64,000 nucleotides of DNA from Clostridiales bacterium (GTDB taxonomy: Bacteria; Bacillota; Clostridia; DUOD01): positions 1,383-65,382 of the forward strand of contig DUOD01000063.1 in the NCBI GenBank assembly GCA_012838995.1. Direction: 5' to 3'. The notes beneath the pieces were generated by a model. That model saw only the letters and a list, made by a program, of their open reading frames with translations. It did not search any database and was not told where the DNA came from. Position 1 is the first letter of the stretch. Each line of letters opens with the position of its first letter. Below, one piece after another: positions 1 through 10,347 of the stretch. Both the position numbers and the translations under genes were made by a program.

Positions 1-508
1 TAACATCGGGATTGACGATTAGATCCAGATACCTCTGCCTGTACCTGATATCCACGTCCTTAAGCCCGTGCCACTTTTCGGGTAGCGGAAGCAAGGCTTT
101 GCTAAGAAGCGTCATTTTTTGGGCTTTTACAGATATTTCACCCTTTTTGGTTCTGAAAACCTCTCCGGTAACACCTATAATATCTCCGATATCATACAGC
201 TTAAACTCCTCGTAGCTCTGTTCTCCTATTTCATTTACGCGAATGTATATCTGAATTTTGCCTTCCCTGTCAGCAACATCGCAAAAACTTACCTTGCCGT
301 GTCCTCTCCTGGACATAATTCTACCCGCTATTGAAACGGTTTTACCTTCCAGCTCTTCAAAATTCTCTTTTATTGTTTTTGAATAATGGGTTCTGTCATA
401 CCTTTGTACACAAAAAGGTTTTACACCCATCTCCTCTAACTTTTTAAGCTTTTCTATCCTTATCCTCTGTATTTCGTTCATATCCTGCATTGCTTTTGTA
501 TCAGCCAT
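1..508 (-). CDS. lysS: Lysine--tRNA ligase (class II), N-terminal part; runs off the window edge
   Basis: Manual minus-strand translation from ATG at 508 gives MADTKAMQDMNEIQRIRIEKLKKLEEMGVKPF... and ...YRQRYLDLIVNPDV at the edge, a LysS signature. Lies downstream of greA. Not in the ORF track. Confidence 0.95.
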   Translation of the reverse strand, partial: MADTKAMQDMNEIQRIRIEKLKKLEEMGVKPFCVQRYDRTHYSKTIKENFEELEGKTVSIAGRIMSRRGHGKVSFCDVADREGKIQIYIRVNEIGEQSYEEFKLYDIGDIIGVTGEVFRTKKGEISVKAQKMTLLSKALLPLPEKWHGLKDVDIRYRQRYLDLIVNPDV

Positions 509-523
509 GACCAAACCTGCCTT

Positions 524-997
524 TTATTTTTTTATATCTAAGATTTTCATTTTTATGATTCCGTCGGGGACTATAACTTCTACTTCAGAATTCACAGTCT
601 TGCCTATTAGGGCTCTGCCCACCGGTGACTCATTGGAAATTTTCGCTTTGCCGGGATCTGCCTCAGCAGATCCTACTATCTTATATTCCAGCTCTTCATT
701 TGTTTCTACATCCAGCACCTTTACCGTGGATCCAATACTTACAACATCGGTGGTTATATCTTCATCGTCTATAACCTTGGCATTCTTTAACATTTTCTCC
801 AGAGTAGCGATTCTTCCTTCTATGAAAGCCTGTTCATTCTTCGCTTCGTCGTACTCGGAATTCTCGCTAAGATCTCCAAAGGCAATAGCGTGTTTAATTC
901 TATTTGCGATCTCTCTCCTCTTTACGGTCTTTAAATAATTCAACTCTTCTTCAAGCCTGGCTACTCCCTCCAGAGTTAAAATCACTTGCTTGTTCAT
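524..997 (-). CDS. greA: Transcription elongation factor GreA
   Basis: [16 protein letters not shown] and [11 protein letters not shown] motifs. GGAGG RBS favours ATG at 997 over the ORF-track start at 1030. Confidence 0.97.
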   Translation of the reverse strand: MNKQVILTLEGVARLEEELNYLKTVKRREIANRIKHAIAFGDLSENSEYDEAKNEQAFIEGRIATLEKMLKNAKVIDDEDITTDVVSIGSTVKVLDVETNEELEYKIVGSAEADPGKAKISNESPVGRALIGKTVNSEVEVIVPDGIIKMKILDIKK

Positions 998-1188
998 GCT
1001 ATTCTCTCCTCCATTTAAATTTGTATCCACGATGCTGCATGTTGATAATATATGCCATACTTGTACAATTATTCTTGATCCAAGCTGGAAAATTCAGCAG
1101 CAGCGATACCCCCTCTAATAATAATAAGCACTGTAAAGATATACCACACAATACAGTGCTTCAAACACCCCGGTTAAATATTGTTTTA

Positions 1189-1217
1189 ATTATAAAATAC
1201 GCTCTATCCAATGTCAA
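1189..1217 (-). promoter_or_regulatory. Sigma-A promoter of greA-lysS
   Basis: Minus strand TTGACA-N17-TATAAT, a perfect consensus. Confidence 0.8.
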
Positions 1218-1227
1218 GCATAGAATG

Positions 1228-2241
1228 CTACTTATAAATGGAAGCCAACGCCCGATAGACTTCCCTATGGGCCAGTATTTTATCATTTAAGTGCAAAGCC
1301 TCTACATCAATACCTCTGTCATTAATAACCCTGACAAGTTTTTTTATGTGCTCCCATTGTATTTCCTTTGCTTCATAAACCGTCCTAAAATCCCTATCGT
1401 CAAAGAGCATGCACTCCCACACCAAATGCTCCAGCCCTGCAAAACTCTCATCCATACCCGTAGATATATCAGGTGGCATTTTAAGAAACGAATCGTTCAC
1501 CCAAAGGCCGTTTAAAGGACTACCCTGGGTATAATTGCTTCCCGATAGGTTTATTACCAGTTTTGTTTGATCAATCCCCTCAAGATATTGTCTTTGGGGT
1601 ATGGTATCCAAAATAATTATTTTGCATTTGTTTGTTATGCTTTCAATATTTTGCGTGGTACCCACCGCCAACCCCAATTGATTAAACAATTCATCATAAA
1701 GGCTTTGATTTTCCCACATCTTTGGTTCATAACCTGTTATATAGTTGGAATATCCGGCCAATAGATACAGCATAAACCTTTTTCTAGTTTTGTGGCGGCA
1801 TATTATCCCTATCTCCTGGGCAGCAAAATCCACACCGCATTTGTCTATAATTCTGATGATATATAGTAACATAGCCATCTCCTTAATAAAAGAACGGGTG
1901 AGTACCTGTCTTCCTTTTTCCCTTAGTATATCGGCCATTTGTCGGTTTATTGTATTGTGTATTTTACCCAGGTGGATCCTCCCTATATCCAGCCTATCCA
2001 ATAACTTTTCCAATGCCTTTACCGTCTTTAGGATTTTATCAAAAGGCAACTTGTGTTCAACAAATGATGGGATGGAAATTATCCATCCCATGTCATCCAA
2101 CGGATATATTGCCCTCGGTCCCAAGGATTTCTTTACCCGTCCTAAAATGCCCGGGGGAAGACATTTAAGCCATTTGTAATAAGGCATATGGTTATCGGGC
2201 AAAATATCCACCACCACCCCAAATCTTTCCACGAACAGCAC
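1228..2241 (-). CDS. Hypothetical protein, possibly a degenerate Rossmann-fold dehydrogenase/acyl-ACP-reductase-like protein
   Basis: 337-aa ORF 6 bp downstream of the 2248-3159 gene. N-terminal ERFGVVVD and IIILDT/LVINLS strands suggest the fold; no GxGxxG motif. Confidence 0.55.
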   Translation of the reverse strand: MLFVERFGVVVDILPDNHMPYYKWLKCLPPGILGRVKKSLGPRAIYPLDDMGWIISIPSFVEHKLPFDKILKTVKALEKLLDRLDIGRIHLGKIHNTINRQMADILREKGRQVLTRSFIKEMAMLLYIIRIIDKCGVDFAAQEIGIICRHKTRKRFMLYLLAGYSNYITGYEPKMWENQSLYDELFNQLGLAVGTTQNIESITNKCKIIILDTIPQRQYLEGIDQTKLVINLSGSNYTQGSPLNGLWVNDSFLKMPPDISTGMDESFAGLEHLVWECMLFDDRDFRTVYEAKEIQWEHIKKLVRVINDRGIDVEALHLNDKILAHREVYRALASIYK

Positions 2242-2247
2242 CCCCGC

Positions 2248-3159
2248 TCATTGAAGGTACTCCACCCTATGACCGAACCCAACTTTTTTAAGCAACATAT
2301 CATAGTGTCGTTGGGTTGCCTGATGGGGCATTTTACCTAAAAGGCTTATGAGTATGGCTTCGATCACATTGGTACCAAAGGATCGGCCCTTTATGTTAGG
2401 CGTTGATGTGATTAACATCCTAACTCCCCGTTCCTTAAGGGTATTTATATCATCCAACGTTACCGTGTTGGTGATAATGACTTTCCCATTTAGCCTTTGG
2501 GGCATATGCTTTTTTATATACAAAAAATCACCGGCTATGATATCGGCGTCATAATAATATTTATGGAAAATGCTTTTATTTTGTTGTCGGCTTTGGTATT
2601 TACCCGTTGGATATAGCATTTCAATGGGCAGCCTGGAAACAACGGGCATGAATATTGATGCCAGATTTTTTATTGTCCTCATGGTCTTCACCGGAAGGGG
2701 TATGCCCAGGGCAAACATAGCATCCCCATACACAACGTCGGCACCCAATTCCTCAAAGGCCTCGGCCATGCCATATCTGTCCATTGCACAAACCAGCAGT
2801 ACTTTGCTGGCTTTAATATCTATACCGCAGTTGTGACAGGCATAATATATGACCCTTTTTTCCATCAAATTTTTCAAACCCGAACCGTCAACTATAGGGG
2901 TTTTGACAGCAGCCTTGTATATTGGAAGGGCGGCCTTGATTACATATCTCTTTTTAGTACTGCTGTATACATATAAATCTATTCCGCCCATGCCAAAGGC
3001 GTCTATTTTACCGTCCAAACTCCTTATTATCTCTATGGCCTTGTTTATGTCACCGTCGGTACCTATGCGTTGTACCAGTATTTTTTGACCCAGCGCTTCC
3101 AACTCTACGCTATGGTCCCTTGCAGACGACCCGATGCTGACACTTACTACCCTCTTCAT
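2248..3159 (-). CDS. Conserved uncharacterised protein (family often annotated 'quinate 5-dehydrogenase')
   Basis: MKRVVSVSIGSSARDH, DAFGMGGIDLY, PIVDGSGLKN and GRSFGTNVIEA motifs; AGGAGG RBS. Confidence 0.75.
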   Translation of the reverse strand: MKRVVSVSIGSSARDHSVELEALGQKILVQRIGTDGDINKAIEIIRSLDGKIDAFGMGGIDLYVYSSTKKRYVIKAALPIYKAAVKTPIVDGSGLKNLMEKRVIYYACHNCGIDIKASKVLLVCAMDRYGMAEAFEELGADVVYGDAMFALGIPLPVKTMRTIKNLASIFMPVVSRLPIEMLYPTGKYQSRQQNKSIFHKYYYDADIIAGDFLYIKKHMPQRLNGKVIITNTVTLDDINTLKERGVRMLITSTPNIKGRSFGTNVIEAILISLLGKMPHQATQRHYDMLLKKVGFGHRVEYLQ

Positions 3160-3333
3160 CTACTCCTCCTAAAATATATTAATTGGATGCATGTTTTATT
3201 ACCCAATCTTTATTCTTAAAGTCCGTACAGTTTATTGCCGTTATAGGGGTTACAAGGGTAGATTGCCCTATTATAGGTAAAACTTATTTTTCTCGAGTCT
3301 ATTCTGCACATTTTTAAAATTTATATTCACTGC

Positions 3334-4323
3334 CTAATCTTCGATAGGGGACGGAATATTTGCTAAATATCCTCTGTATTCCTCAATCAATACCTCCATT
3401 TCCTTTTTATCCGAAACCGAATTAACCTTACGCCTAAAGTCAGCGGCCTTGGGCAATCCCTTTACATACCAGGCCATATGTTTTCGCATCTCCATTACCG
3501 CCACCCCTTCACCTTTATGGGCACAAGCAAGATCGAGATGCTTTTTACAAGTATCAAGAATTGCATTGTAATCGGGCTTGCCTATTAACCTTCCGGTTTT
3601 TTGATATTCCAATATGCTTTTAAAGATCCATGGATTTCCCCGAGCACCCCGGGCTACCATAACACCCTGACAGCCGGTATGCTCCAGCATTTTCTTGGCA
3701 TCTTGGGGTGTAAAAACATCCCCGTTTCCTATAACGGGAATGGTCAGCCTGTCGGCTACCTTTTTTATAATATCCCAATCCGCTCTGCCGGAATAAAGCT
3801 GAACGGCCGTCCGGCCGTGAACCGTCACGGCACTGGCCCCTTCTTCCTGGGCTATCAATGCTATTTCCAGCGCATTTACACTGTCCTCATCCCAACCCTT
3901 TCTCATCTTTACGGTAACAGGCTTACCCGCCTCTCGTACCACCCGGGATACTATTTCCCTTACAAGCTTGGGCTTTAACATCAGGGAACAACCTTCACCG
4001 TTTTTCACAATCTTGGGCGCAGGACAGCCCATGTTAATATCTATAAGGGCGACTTCACTGTCTCTTAATCTGGCGGCGGTTTCTGCCATAATACCCGGAT
4101 CGGAACCAAATATCTGTACACCCACCGGTTTTTCTTCAGGATGGATGTCCAGCAATTCCTCAGTTTTTTTGCTGCCGTAGTGCAGTCCCTTGGCGCTTAC
4201 CATTTCAGTATAAACCATGGCGCAACCTTTGTCTTTACACAGCAACCTAAAGGGCAAATCGGTTATACCCGCCATGGGTGCTAAAAACAAATTATTTTCC
4301 AATTGAATGTCAGCTATCCTCAT
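3334..4323 (-). CDS. dusB: tRNA-dihydrouridine synthase B
   Basis: LAPMAGITD, DINMGCP, VHGRT and IGNGDV motifs. Confidence 0.96.
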   Translation of the reverse strand: MRIADIQLENNLFLAPMAGITDLPFRLLCKDKGCAMVYTEMVSAKGLHYGSKKTEELLDIHPEEKPVGVQIFGSDPGIMAETAARLRDSEVALIDINMGCPAPKIVKNGEGCSLMLKPKLVREIVSRVVREAGKPVTVKMRKGWDEDSVNALEIALIAQEEGASAVTVHGRTAVQLYSGRADWDIIKKVADRLTIPVIGNGDVFTPQDAKKMLEHTGCQGVMVARGARGNPWIFKSILEYQKTGRLIGKPDYNAILDTCKKHLDLACAHKGEGVAVMEMRKHMAWYVKGLPKAADFRRKVNSVSDKKEMEVLIEEYRGYLANIPSPIED

Positions 4324-4389
4324 AGCAATTAAATCTCCCGATTAATATATTATCTAGATTTTACTCTACATTAAAAAAATATTAAAAAT

Positions 4390-4412
4390 AAAAAACTGCC
4401 GAGGCAGTTTTT
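4390..4412 (-). terminator. Intrinsic terminator
   Basis: aaaaaactgc-cgag-gcagtttttt hairpin at the stop of the 4412-4918 gene. Confidence 0.6.
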
Positions 4413-4918
4413 TATTCCTTAACATCGTATATTTTCCAAGAACGATCAACCTTCATAAGGTGTACTTCCTTTTTGCCGTTGTCCCATTCGGGCACCGCCA
4501 CCTGTAAATCTTCGTCATTATCTTGGGTATTCTTTAAATTAAAAGAATAAATACTCTCCTCAACATCTACCTTTATGGTATCCTTCCAGGGCCACGGCCA
4601 CATGAAATCAATATCGATATTATAAGCAAAGGATTCTATGGGATATCCCTTATACCTTTTATCGGACAGCTTTGGAGAGGTTTTAATATAGTCCATGGTA
4701 AAAAAATTCCGCAACAAAATTTCGGTTTCTTCATCATCGGGCAAGATAACGCTATTGGCCCTAACCTCCATACCTTCTTCCACTATTATATATATATTGG
4801 AGGTTTGGTAGGCCATAAACCCACCCATTATCAAAATAGAAGCCACCACTATAATAAGCACCAATCTCTTTAATATTACCAATAAGACCTTCGTCAGTGT
4901 ATCGTTCAAGCTGCCCAC
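4412..4918 (-). CDS. Hypothetical membrane-anchored protein
   Basis: 168 aa with one N-terminal hydrophobic helix; GAGG RBS; co-oriented with neighbours. Confidence 0.7.
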   Translation of the reverse strand: MGSLNDTLTKVLLVILKRLVLIIVVASILIMGGFMAYQTSNIYIIVEEGMEVRANSVILPDDEETEILLRNFFTMDYIKTSPKLSDKRYKGYPIESFAYNIDIDFMWPWPWKDTIKVDVEESIYSFNLKNTQDNDEDLQVAVPEWDNGKKEVHLMKVDRSWKIYDVKE

Positions 4919-5053
4919 CGCCTCACAATTATTACAAAAAGTTTATAATTTATAATATCACACTTTATTTTTCTTGTAAATTTATGTTATATTGCAATCC
5001 TCGGCAACAGGGAAATATACCTTCGTTCAACCTTTGGGTAAAGGTCATCCTCT

Positions 5054-5821
5054 TTAAACCATATTTCTCTTATAAACAATGCGCAACCCTTCCAGCGTGA
5101 GGAGTTCGTTTATATGGTTTATGGTCTGGGACTCGTTGGCTATTAATCTGGCCAGTCCTCCCGTAGCCACCACCCTTACGTCGGTATTAAGCTCTTGTTT
5201 CATCCTATTTACTATATAGTCAACCTGGCCCACATATCCGTAGAAAATCCCCGCCTGAATGCTGTTAACGGTATTTTTGCATATAACGGTTTCAGGTTTG
5301 ACCAGCTCAACTCTGGGCAACTTGGCCGCCCTTTGGAATAAAGCCTCGGAAGATATTTTTATACCCGGGGCTATGGCGCCCCCTATATATTCCCCGTTTT
5401 TGGACACCACGCAAAAGGTGGTGGCCGTGCCAAAATCTATTATTATCACCGGACCTCCGTAGAGTTCGTAGGCGGCAACGGCATTAACTATTCTGTCCGC
5501 CCCGACTTCCTTGGGGTTATCATACTTTATGTGCATACCCGTCTTTATGCCGGGACCTACCACCAAGGCCTTTATATTAAAATATTTTTTGGCCATAAGC
5601 TCCAAGGAGTTCATTAAGCTGGGCACCACCGACGAAATGATTATACCCTTTATCTTATCGGGTTTAATGCCTTCATGGTTAAACAACTGTAATATCAACA
5701 TGCCCAATTCATCGGCCAATTTATCCCTATCGGTGGATAACCGCCAATAGGCCACCAGTTCATCAGCCTTGTATACACCTAAAACGGTATTTGTATTACC
5801 TACATCCATTGCCAATATCAA
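5054..5821 (-). CDS. coaX: Type III pantothenate kinase
   Basis: DVGNTN, EVGADR and DFGTATT motifs. Confidence 0.96.
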   Translation of the reverse strand: MILAMDVGNTNTVLGVYKADELVAYWRLSTDRDKLADELGMLILQLFNHEGIKPDKIKGIIISSVVPSLMNSLELMAKKYFNIKALVVGPGIKTGMHIKYDNPKEVGADRIVNAVAAYELYGGPVIIIDFGTATTFCVVSKNGEYIGGAIAPGIKISSEALFQRAAKLPRVELVKPETVICKNTVNSIQAGIFYGYVGQVDYIVNRMKQELNTDVRVVATGGLARLIANESQTINHINELLTLEGLRIVYKRNMV

Positions 5822-5869
5822 AACACAACACCTTCTTTACACATCAATAGACAGGCATGCACCTGTCTA

Positions 5870-6382
5870 TTATTTTTTTCGTATTTTTTTAATAATCCTA
5901 TACAGCAAAAGGGTTATCACCGCAGCCAAAACGGCTTCCGGTATGCCATGTAATGCTGCCACACCCAATGCCGCTTGGTAGGGTATGAGCTTAAACAGTA
6001 CGCCCAGCCCCAGCACACCGATGGTATTGGTAGCCGAGCCTACCACCGCTGACAGGGTAGCTGACAGGGTATCGTTTTTTATCAGTCTAAACACGCAATA
6101 TGTAGTAACGGCTATTAATACCCTGGGCAGAATGGCAACCACTGGGTGCATCAGCAAAGGATTGGCGGCGGTAAAAAAGCTGGTAAAACCGAAAATTAGG
6201 CCGACGAAAATGCCCACCACCGGTCCTTCCAGCAATGTCGCCAATATTACCACCACGTGAAGTATCGTAGCCCTGCCTGCAGCCGTAGGTACCGGTATTA
6301 AACCCAGACCGGTTATACCCAGTACCGCCGTTAATGCTCCCAGCAGTGCAATAGTCGTGATTTTCCTCGTGCTTAAAACCAT
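5870..6382 (-). CDS. panT: ECF transporter S component, probably pantothenate (PanT-like)
   Basis: Very hydrophobic 170 aa with ATILH..V, EGP, ILPR and GSATNTIGVL motifs; directly upstream of coaX. Confidence 0.75.
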   Translation of the reverse strand: MVLSTRKITTIALLGALTAVLGITGLGLIPVPTAAGRATILHVVVILATLLEGPVVGIFVGLIFGFTSFFTAANPLLMHPVVAILPRVLIAVTTYCVFRLIKNDTLSATLSAVVGSATNTIGVLGLGVLFKLIPYQAALGVAALHGIPEAVLAAVITLLLYRIIKKIRKK

Positions 6383-6516
6383 TTTCCTTACCTCCGCTTT
6401 AGTTCCTGTTTGGATACCAAACGGGACTTCATTTTATTTTTTTAGTATTGCAAAAGTCCGACTCCCCAAGGATATCGGCTATAATGGTAATATAATATCA
6501 AAAAAGCTACCTTTTT

Positions 6517-7527
6517 TCAATAAAGTCTTAAGGAAACATCGCCGGTTAAAATTTTGTGTTGTTCATTACCGTCATCCACCAGCAAAATACTGCCATCGTC
6601 ATAAAAATCCACCACCCGGCCGTATAAATTTTTTTCAGGCGTTGTTATTACCACATCTTTGCCCAATACGATGGATAATTTCTTATACTCTTCCTTCATT
6701 TTGCCCAAGGATTTGGTTTGGAGAAATCCAATATAATGCTGCTCTATACTGTATAACATTTGCAGAGCCACCTCTTTTCTGCCATATCTTTGACCGCTTT
6801 CAATGTACAATGACGTGGCCGTTGACCTAAGCTCCCCGGGAAAGTGACGGGATTTAAAATTTACATTAAGGCCGATGCCCGCGATTATGTAATTTACCCT
6901 GTCCACCTCGGCACTCAGCTCCATTAGTATGCCGCATACCTTCCTGCCGTTTATCACCAAATCGTTGGGCCATTTAAGACCAATATCCAGATGGGTAAGC
7001 TTTCTCAAAGCTTTGCATATGGCCAGACCTATTACAAGGGTTAAACATGCAACATTGTTAGGTTTAATATCCGGCCGCAGGATAATGGACATCCAAAGAC
7101 CTCCCGCCGGTGGGGATATCCAGTGCCTGCCCATCCTGCCCTTACCGTCGGTCTGGCTGTCGGCTATTACAACGGTACCTTCCACACTCCCCTCTTCAGC
7201 AAGTTCCTTTGCCAGCCTATTGGTTGAATGGATGCTGTCGTAAACAAAAATACTGTTTCCTATAAATATTGTATCAAGTCTGCATTTAAGTTGAAAATCT
7301 GAAAGGATATCGGGGCTGTCAAGCAACATATGCCCCTTTCTGGATTTGGATATTATTTTATGCCCTTGGGCCTTAAGGGCCTTTATATGTTTGTATACGG
7401 CAGACCTTGTTATTCCCAATTGGCTGCTGATTTTTTGCCCTGACACGTATTCGCCTAGGTTATCGTGCAGTATCTTAAATATCCTTTCTCTCAATGTTCG
7501 TGCCTCCGATTGCCTTATATTTGCCAT
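6517..7527 (-). CDS. birA: Bifunctional biotin repressor/biotin-protein ligase
   Basis: N-terminal HTH (SGQKISSQLGITRSAVYKHI); QTDGKGRMGRHW, KWPND and KVCGIL motifs. Confidence 0.95.
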   Translation of the reverse strand: MANIRQSEARTLRERIFKILHDNLGEYVSGQKISSQLGITRSAVYKHIKALKAQGHKIISKSRKGHMLLDSPDILSDFQLKCRLDTIFIGNSIFVYDSIHSTNRLAKELAEEGSVEGTVVIADSQTDGKGRMGRHWISPPAGGLWMSIILRPDIKPNNVACLTLVIGLAICKALRKLTHLDIGLKWPNDLVINGRKVCGILMELSAEVDRVNYIIAGIGLNVNFKSRHFPGELRSTATSLYIESGQRYGRKEVALQMLYSIEQHYIGFLQTKSLGKMKEEYKKLSIVLGKDVVITTPEKNLYGRVVDFYDDGSILLVDDGNEQHKILTGDVSLRLY

Positions 7528-7580
7528 AAAGTCTTTTTTGTATATTTTTTCTTTATATCGATTAAAAATTATAAAAGAAG

Positions 7581-8300
7581 TTATTCAAATAAAAATATAT
7601 TCAAACTTTTATAGGTGGGAAAATCCACCCTGTCGTTTAACGGAAGATTGTGATCCTTTTTATACTTGATCAATGCCGATTTCATGCCCTCGCCGAAAAT
7701 CCCGTCCAGCTCCCCGGTATAATACCCGAGGTTTTTCAGCCGTTTTTGTACTTCCAGCACCTTTGAACTCCTGTCACCTACATATAGTTCGGTTAAATCG
7801 CTGCCCAGATTGCCATAGGGACCACCGTATACCACCACAGGCGTTCCTATATCCACCCTATCATATAATTCCTCTACATCGGCATTGTACATACGAAAAC
7901 AGCCATGGGAAGCCGCAGAACCTATGGTATAAGGTTTGTTCGTCCCATGAATACCGTATATGCCCCAGGGAACGTTAAGTCCCAACCATCTGCTCCCAAA
8001 ACCCGAACCCCAATTTTTTCTCATGTTTTTGATTTTCCATACGCCGATGGGTGACGGCGATGCCGGTTTGCCTATTGCCACGGCATATCTGCTTACAAGC
8101 TTGTTGCCTTCAAACAAATAGAGCTGTCTCTCGTTTAAATCTATGAAAATACACATATCCCGCTTGCCGGCATCGTTTTCAACAGCTTCCCGGTATGAAT
8201 AATCCGCCCTGCCGGTATCCACATTACCTGCCATGGAGTTGTATATGTTAATGAGCAATAAAAAACCCGGTATCAACAACAATAAAACATATCTCTTCAT
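7581..8300 (-). CDS. L,D-transpeptidase (YkuD family) with C-terminal peptidoglycan-binding domain
   Basis: Signal peptide; YGIHGT...ASHGCFRM catalytic motif; VQKRLKNLGYY...DGIFG PG-binding domain. Confidence 0.9.
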   Translation of the reverse strand: MKRYVLLLLIPGFLLLINIYNSMAGNVDTGRADYSYREAVENDAGKRDMCIFIDLNERQLYLFEGNKLVSRYAVAIGKPASPSPIGVWKIKNMRKNWGSGFGSRWLGLNVPWGIYGIHGTNKPYTIGSAASHGCFRMYNADVEELYDRVDIGTPVVVYGGPYGNLGSDLTELYVGDRSSKVLEVQKRLKNLGYYTGELDGIFGEGMKSALIKYKKDHNLPLNDRVDFPTYKSLNIFLFE

Positions 8301-8406
8301 GATACGCCTCCAAAGTTTCAGCCGCAGCGCTGGAATATGGGTTTCGATACTACTTTATATGCACATGGAAAGTTAATTATTAAATGAACAAACATATTTT
8401 AAATAA

Positions 8407-8431
8407 AAAGCGGGTTATTGATAACCCGCTT
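8407..8431 (-). terminator. ftsH intrinsic terminator
   Basis: aagcgggttat-tg-ataacccgctt inverted repeat followed by a U-tract on the minus strand. Confidence 0.65.
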
Positions 8432-8433
8432 AA

Positions 8434-10236
8434 TTAAGCACTTGCAAATACCTCTTCAAATTCTTGTACATCAAGTTTTTCTTTTTCCAGCAGCGTATTG
8501 GCTACTTTGTGAAGCTTATCTATATTCTCCCTAAGCAAAGTTTCCGCTTTTTTATATGCTGCGTCTATTATGGTTTTTATTTCTTTATCAATGGAGGCTG
8601 CGATTTTTTCGCTGTAATTTCTGTGGGTACCAAAATCCTTACCCAGGAAAATCTCATCCTGTTTTCCACCGAAAGTAATGGGCCCTAGTTTATCGCTCAT
8701 ACCGTATCGGGTAACCATCTTACGTACTATCGTGGTAGCCCTTTCAATATCATTGGAAGCTCCGGTACTTATATCATGCAATACCAAGTCCTCGGCTACC
8801 CTGCCTCCCAATAACTGTACCACCTGGTCCATCATCTCGGATTTGGACACAAAATACTTATCCTCCTTTGGAAGGGTAAGGGTGTACCCTCCTGCCATGC
8901 CTCTGGGTATTATTGAAATCTGGTGTACGGGGTCGGCATTGGGCAGCAGCTTGGAAATTATGGCATGACCTGCTTCATGGTATGCCACCAACCTTTTATC
9001 CTTTTCAGTCATTACCCTGCTCTTTTTCTCAGGTCCGGCTATTACCCTTGTTATGGCTTCTTCCAGTTCTTCCATTTCAATCTGTTTTTTATTTTTCCTG
9101 GCAGCCAAAATGGCCGATTCATTCATAAGATTCTCTATATCGGCTCCGGTGAATCCCGGCGTTCGCTTGGCCAGTATCTTAAGGTCCACATCATCAGCCA
9201 AGGGTTTGCCCCTGGAGTGTACCTTTAAAATCTCCTCCCGGCCTTTAACATCCGGAACGCCCACCACTACCTGTCTGTCGAAACGGCCCGGTCTTAACAG
9301 GGCAGGGTCGAGGATATCCGGCCTGTTGGTAGCGGCCAGTATTATAATGCCTTCGTTTACACCAAAGCCATCCATTTCCACCAATAGCTGGTTTAATGTT
9401 TGTTCCCTTTCATCATGGCCTCCGCCCAGTCCTGCACCTCGATGTCGTCCCACAGCGTCTATTTCGTCGATAAATACAATACACGGTGTGTTCTTCTTTG
9501 CCTGTTCAAATAGGTCCCTAACCCTGGAAGCACCTACCCCGACGAACATTTCAACAAAATCAGAACCGCTTATGCTAAAAAAGGGTACGCCGGCCTCTCC
9601 GGCAACCGCTCTGGCCAATAGGGTCTTACCCGTCCCGGGAGGACCCACCAACAGCACGCCCTTGGGTATTCTTGCCCCCAGCTCAACAAAGCGCTTGGGG
9701 TTTTTTAAAAACTCAACTATCTCCCTAAGCTCTTCCTTTTCCTCATCCGCTCCGGCAACCTCATCAAATGTTACACGACGCTTACTATCCGTATGCATCT
9801 TTGCTCGGCTCTTGCCAAAACTCATCACCCTGTTGCCCCCACCTTGGGATTGCTGCATAAAGAAAAACCAAAAAACCAAAAATAATATGGTTATCACGAT
9901 AAATGGCAGTAAGGATAACCACCAAGCAGGTTCAGGCTCAGGTTGGCTACTAAAATTTATTTTACCTTCCTTGATTAAAGGATGTATTTCCTGCATAAAT
10001 ATATTTGTATCTGGTACATAGGATTTGTAATCCGTACCATCGTTTAATTCGCCAGTAACATCATTGCCTACCAGAACAACGCTTTTTATATTATCGTTGT
10101 GCATTTGTTGGATCAGTTGGTCGTATTGCAGCTCTTGTACTCTGCTATCCCTAGTTCCGAATACGTTAGCCATTATTATTATCATAGCTAAAATCAATAT
10201 ATAAAAACCAGGGCCCCTCAAAAATCTCCGCAACAA
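8434..10236 (-). CDS. ftsH: ATP-dependent zinc metalloprotease FtsH
   Basis: Two TM helices, Walker [16 protein letters not shown] and HEAGH. TTG start (10233 or 10236) after AAGGAGG. Confidence 0.98.
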   Translation of the reverse strand: MLRRFLRGPGFYILILAMIIIMANVFGTRDSRVQELQYDQLIQQMHNDNIKSVVLVGNDVTGELNDGTDYKSYVPDTNIFMQEIHPLIKEGKINFSSQPEPEPAWWLSLLPFIVITILFLVFWFFFMQQSQGGGNRVMSFGKSRAKMHTDSKRRVTFDEVAGADEEKEELREIVEFLKNPKRFVELGARIPKGVLLVGPPGTGKTLLARAVAGEAGVPFFSISGSDFVEMFVGVGASRVRDLFEQAKKNTPCIVFIDEIDAVGRHRGAGLGGGHDEREQTLNQLLVEMDGFGVNEGIIILAATNRPDILDPALLRPGRFDRQVVVGVPDVKGREEILKVHSRGKPLADDVDLKILAKRTPGFTGADIENLMNESAILAARKNKKQIEMEELEEAITRVIAGPEKKSRVMTEKDKRLVAYHEAGHAIISKLLPNADPVHQISIIPRGMAGGYTLTLPKEDKYFVSKSEMMDQVVQLLGGRVAEDLVLHDISTGASNDIERATTIVRKMVTRYGMSDKLGPITFGGKQDEIFLGKDFGTHRNYSEKIAASIDKEIKTIIDAAYKKAETLLRENIDKLHKVANTLLEKEKLDVQEFEEVFASA

Positions 10237-10347
10237 TAGCCCTCCTTTCAAAATCTGTCATTGTTTTACCATCTAATAATTTTAACATAATATTATTATT
10301 TTCACAATATAAAGCACTGCAACGGCCTTAAGCCATCAACAGCCCGG

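Noticed and set aside
509-523. T-box leader for lysS
   Set aside because: Only 15 bp separate greA and lysS, and I saw no T-box motif in the greA leader.
9053-10021. 322-aa + strand ORF, and similar long antisense ORFs within uvrA, uvrB, mfd and prs
   Set aside because: Antisense shadows of conserved genes; Ser-rich, without RBS or recognisable motifs.
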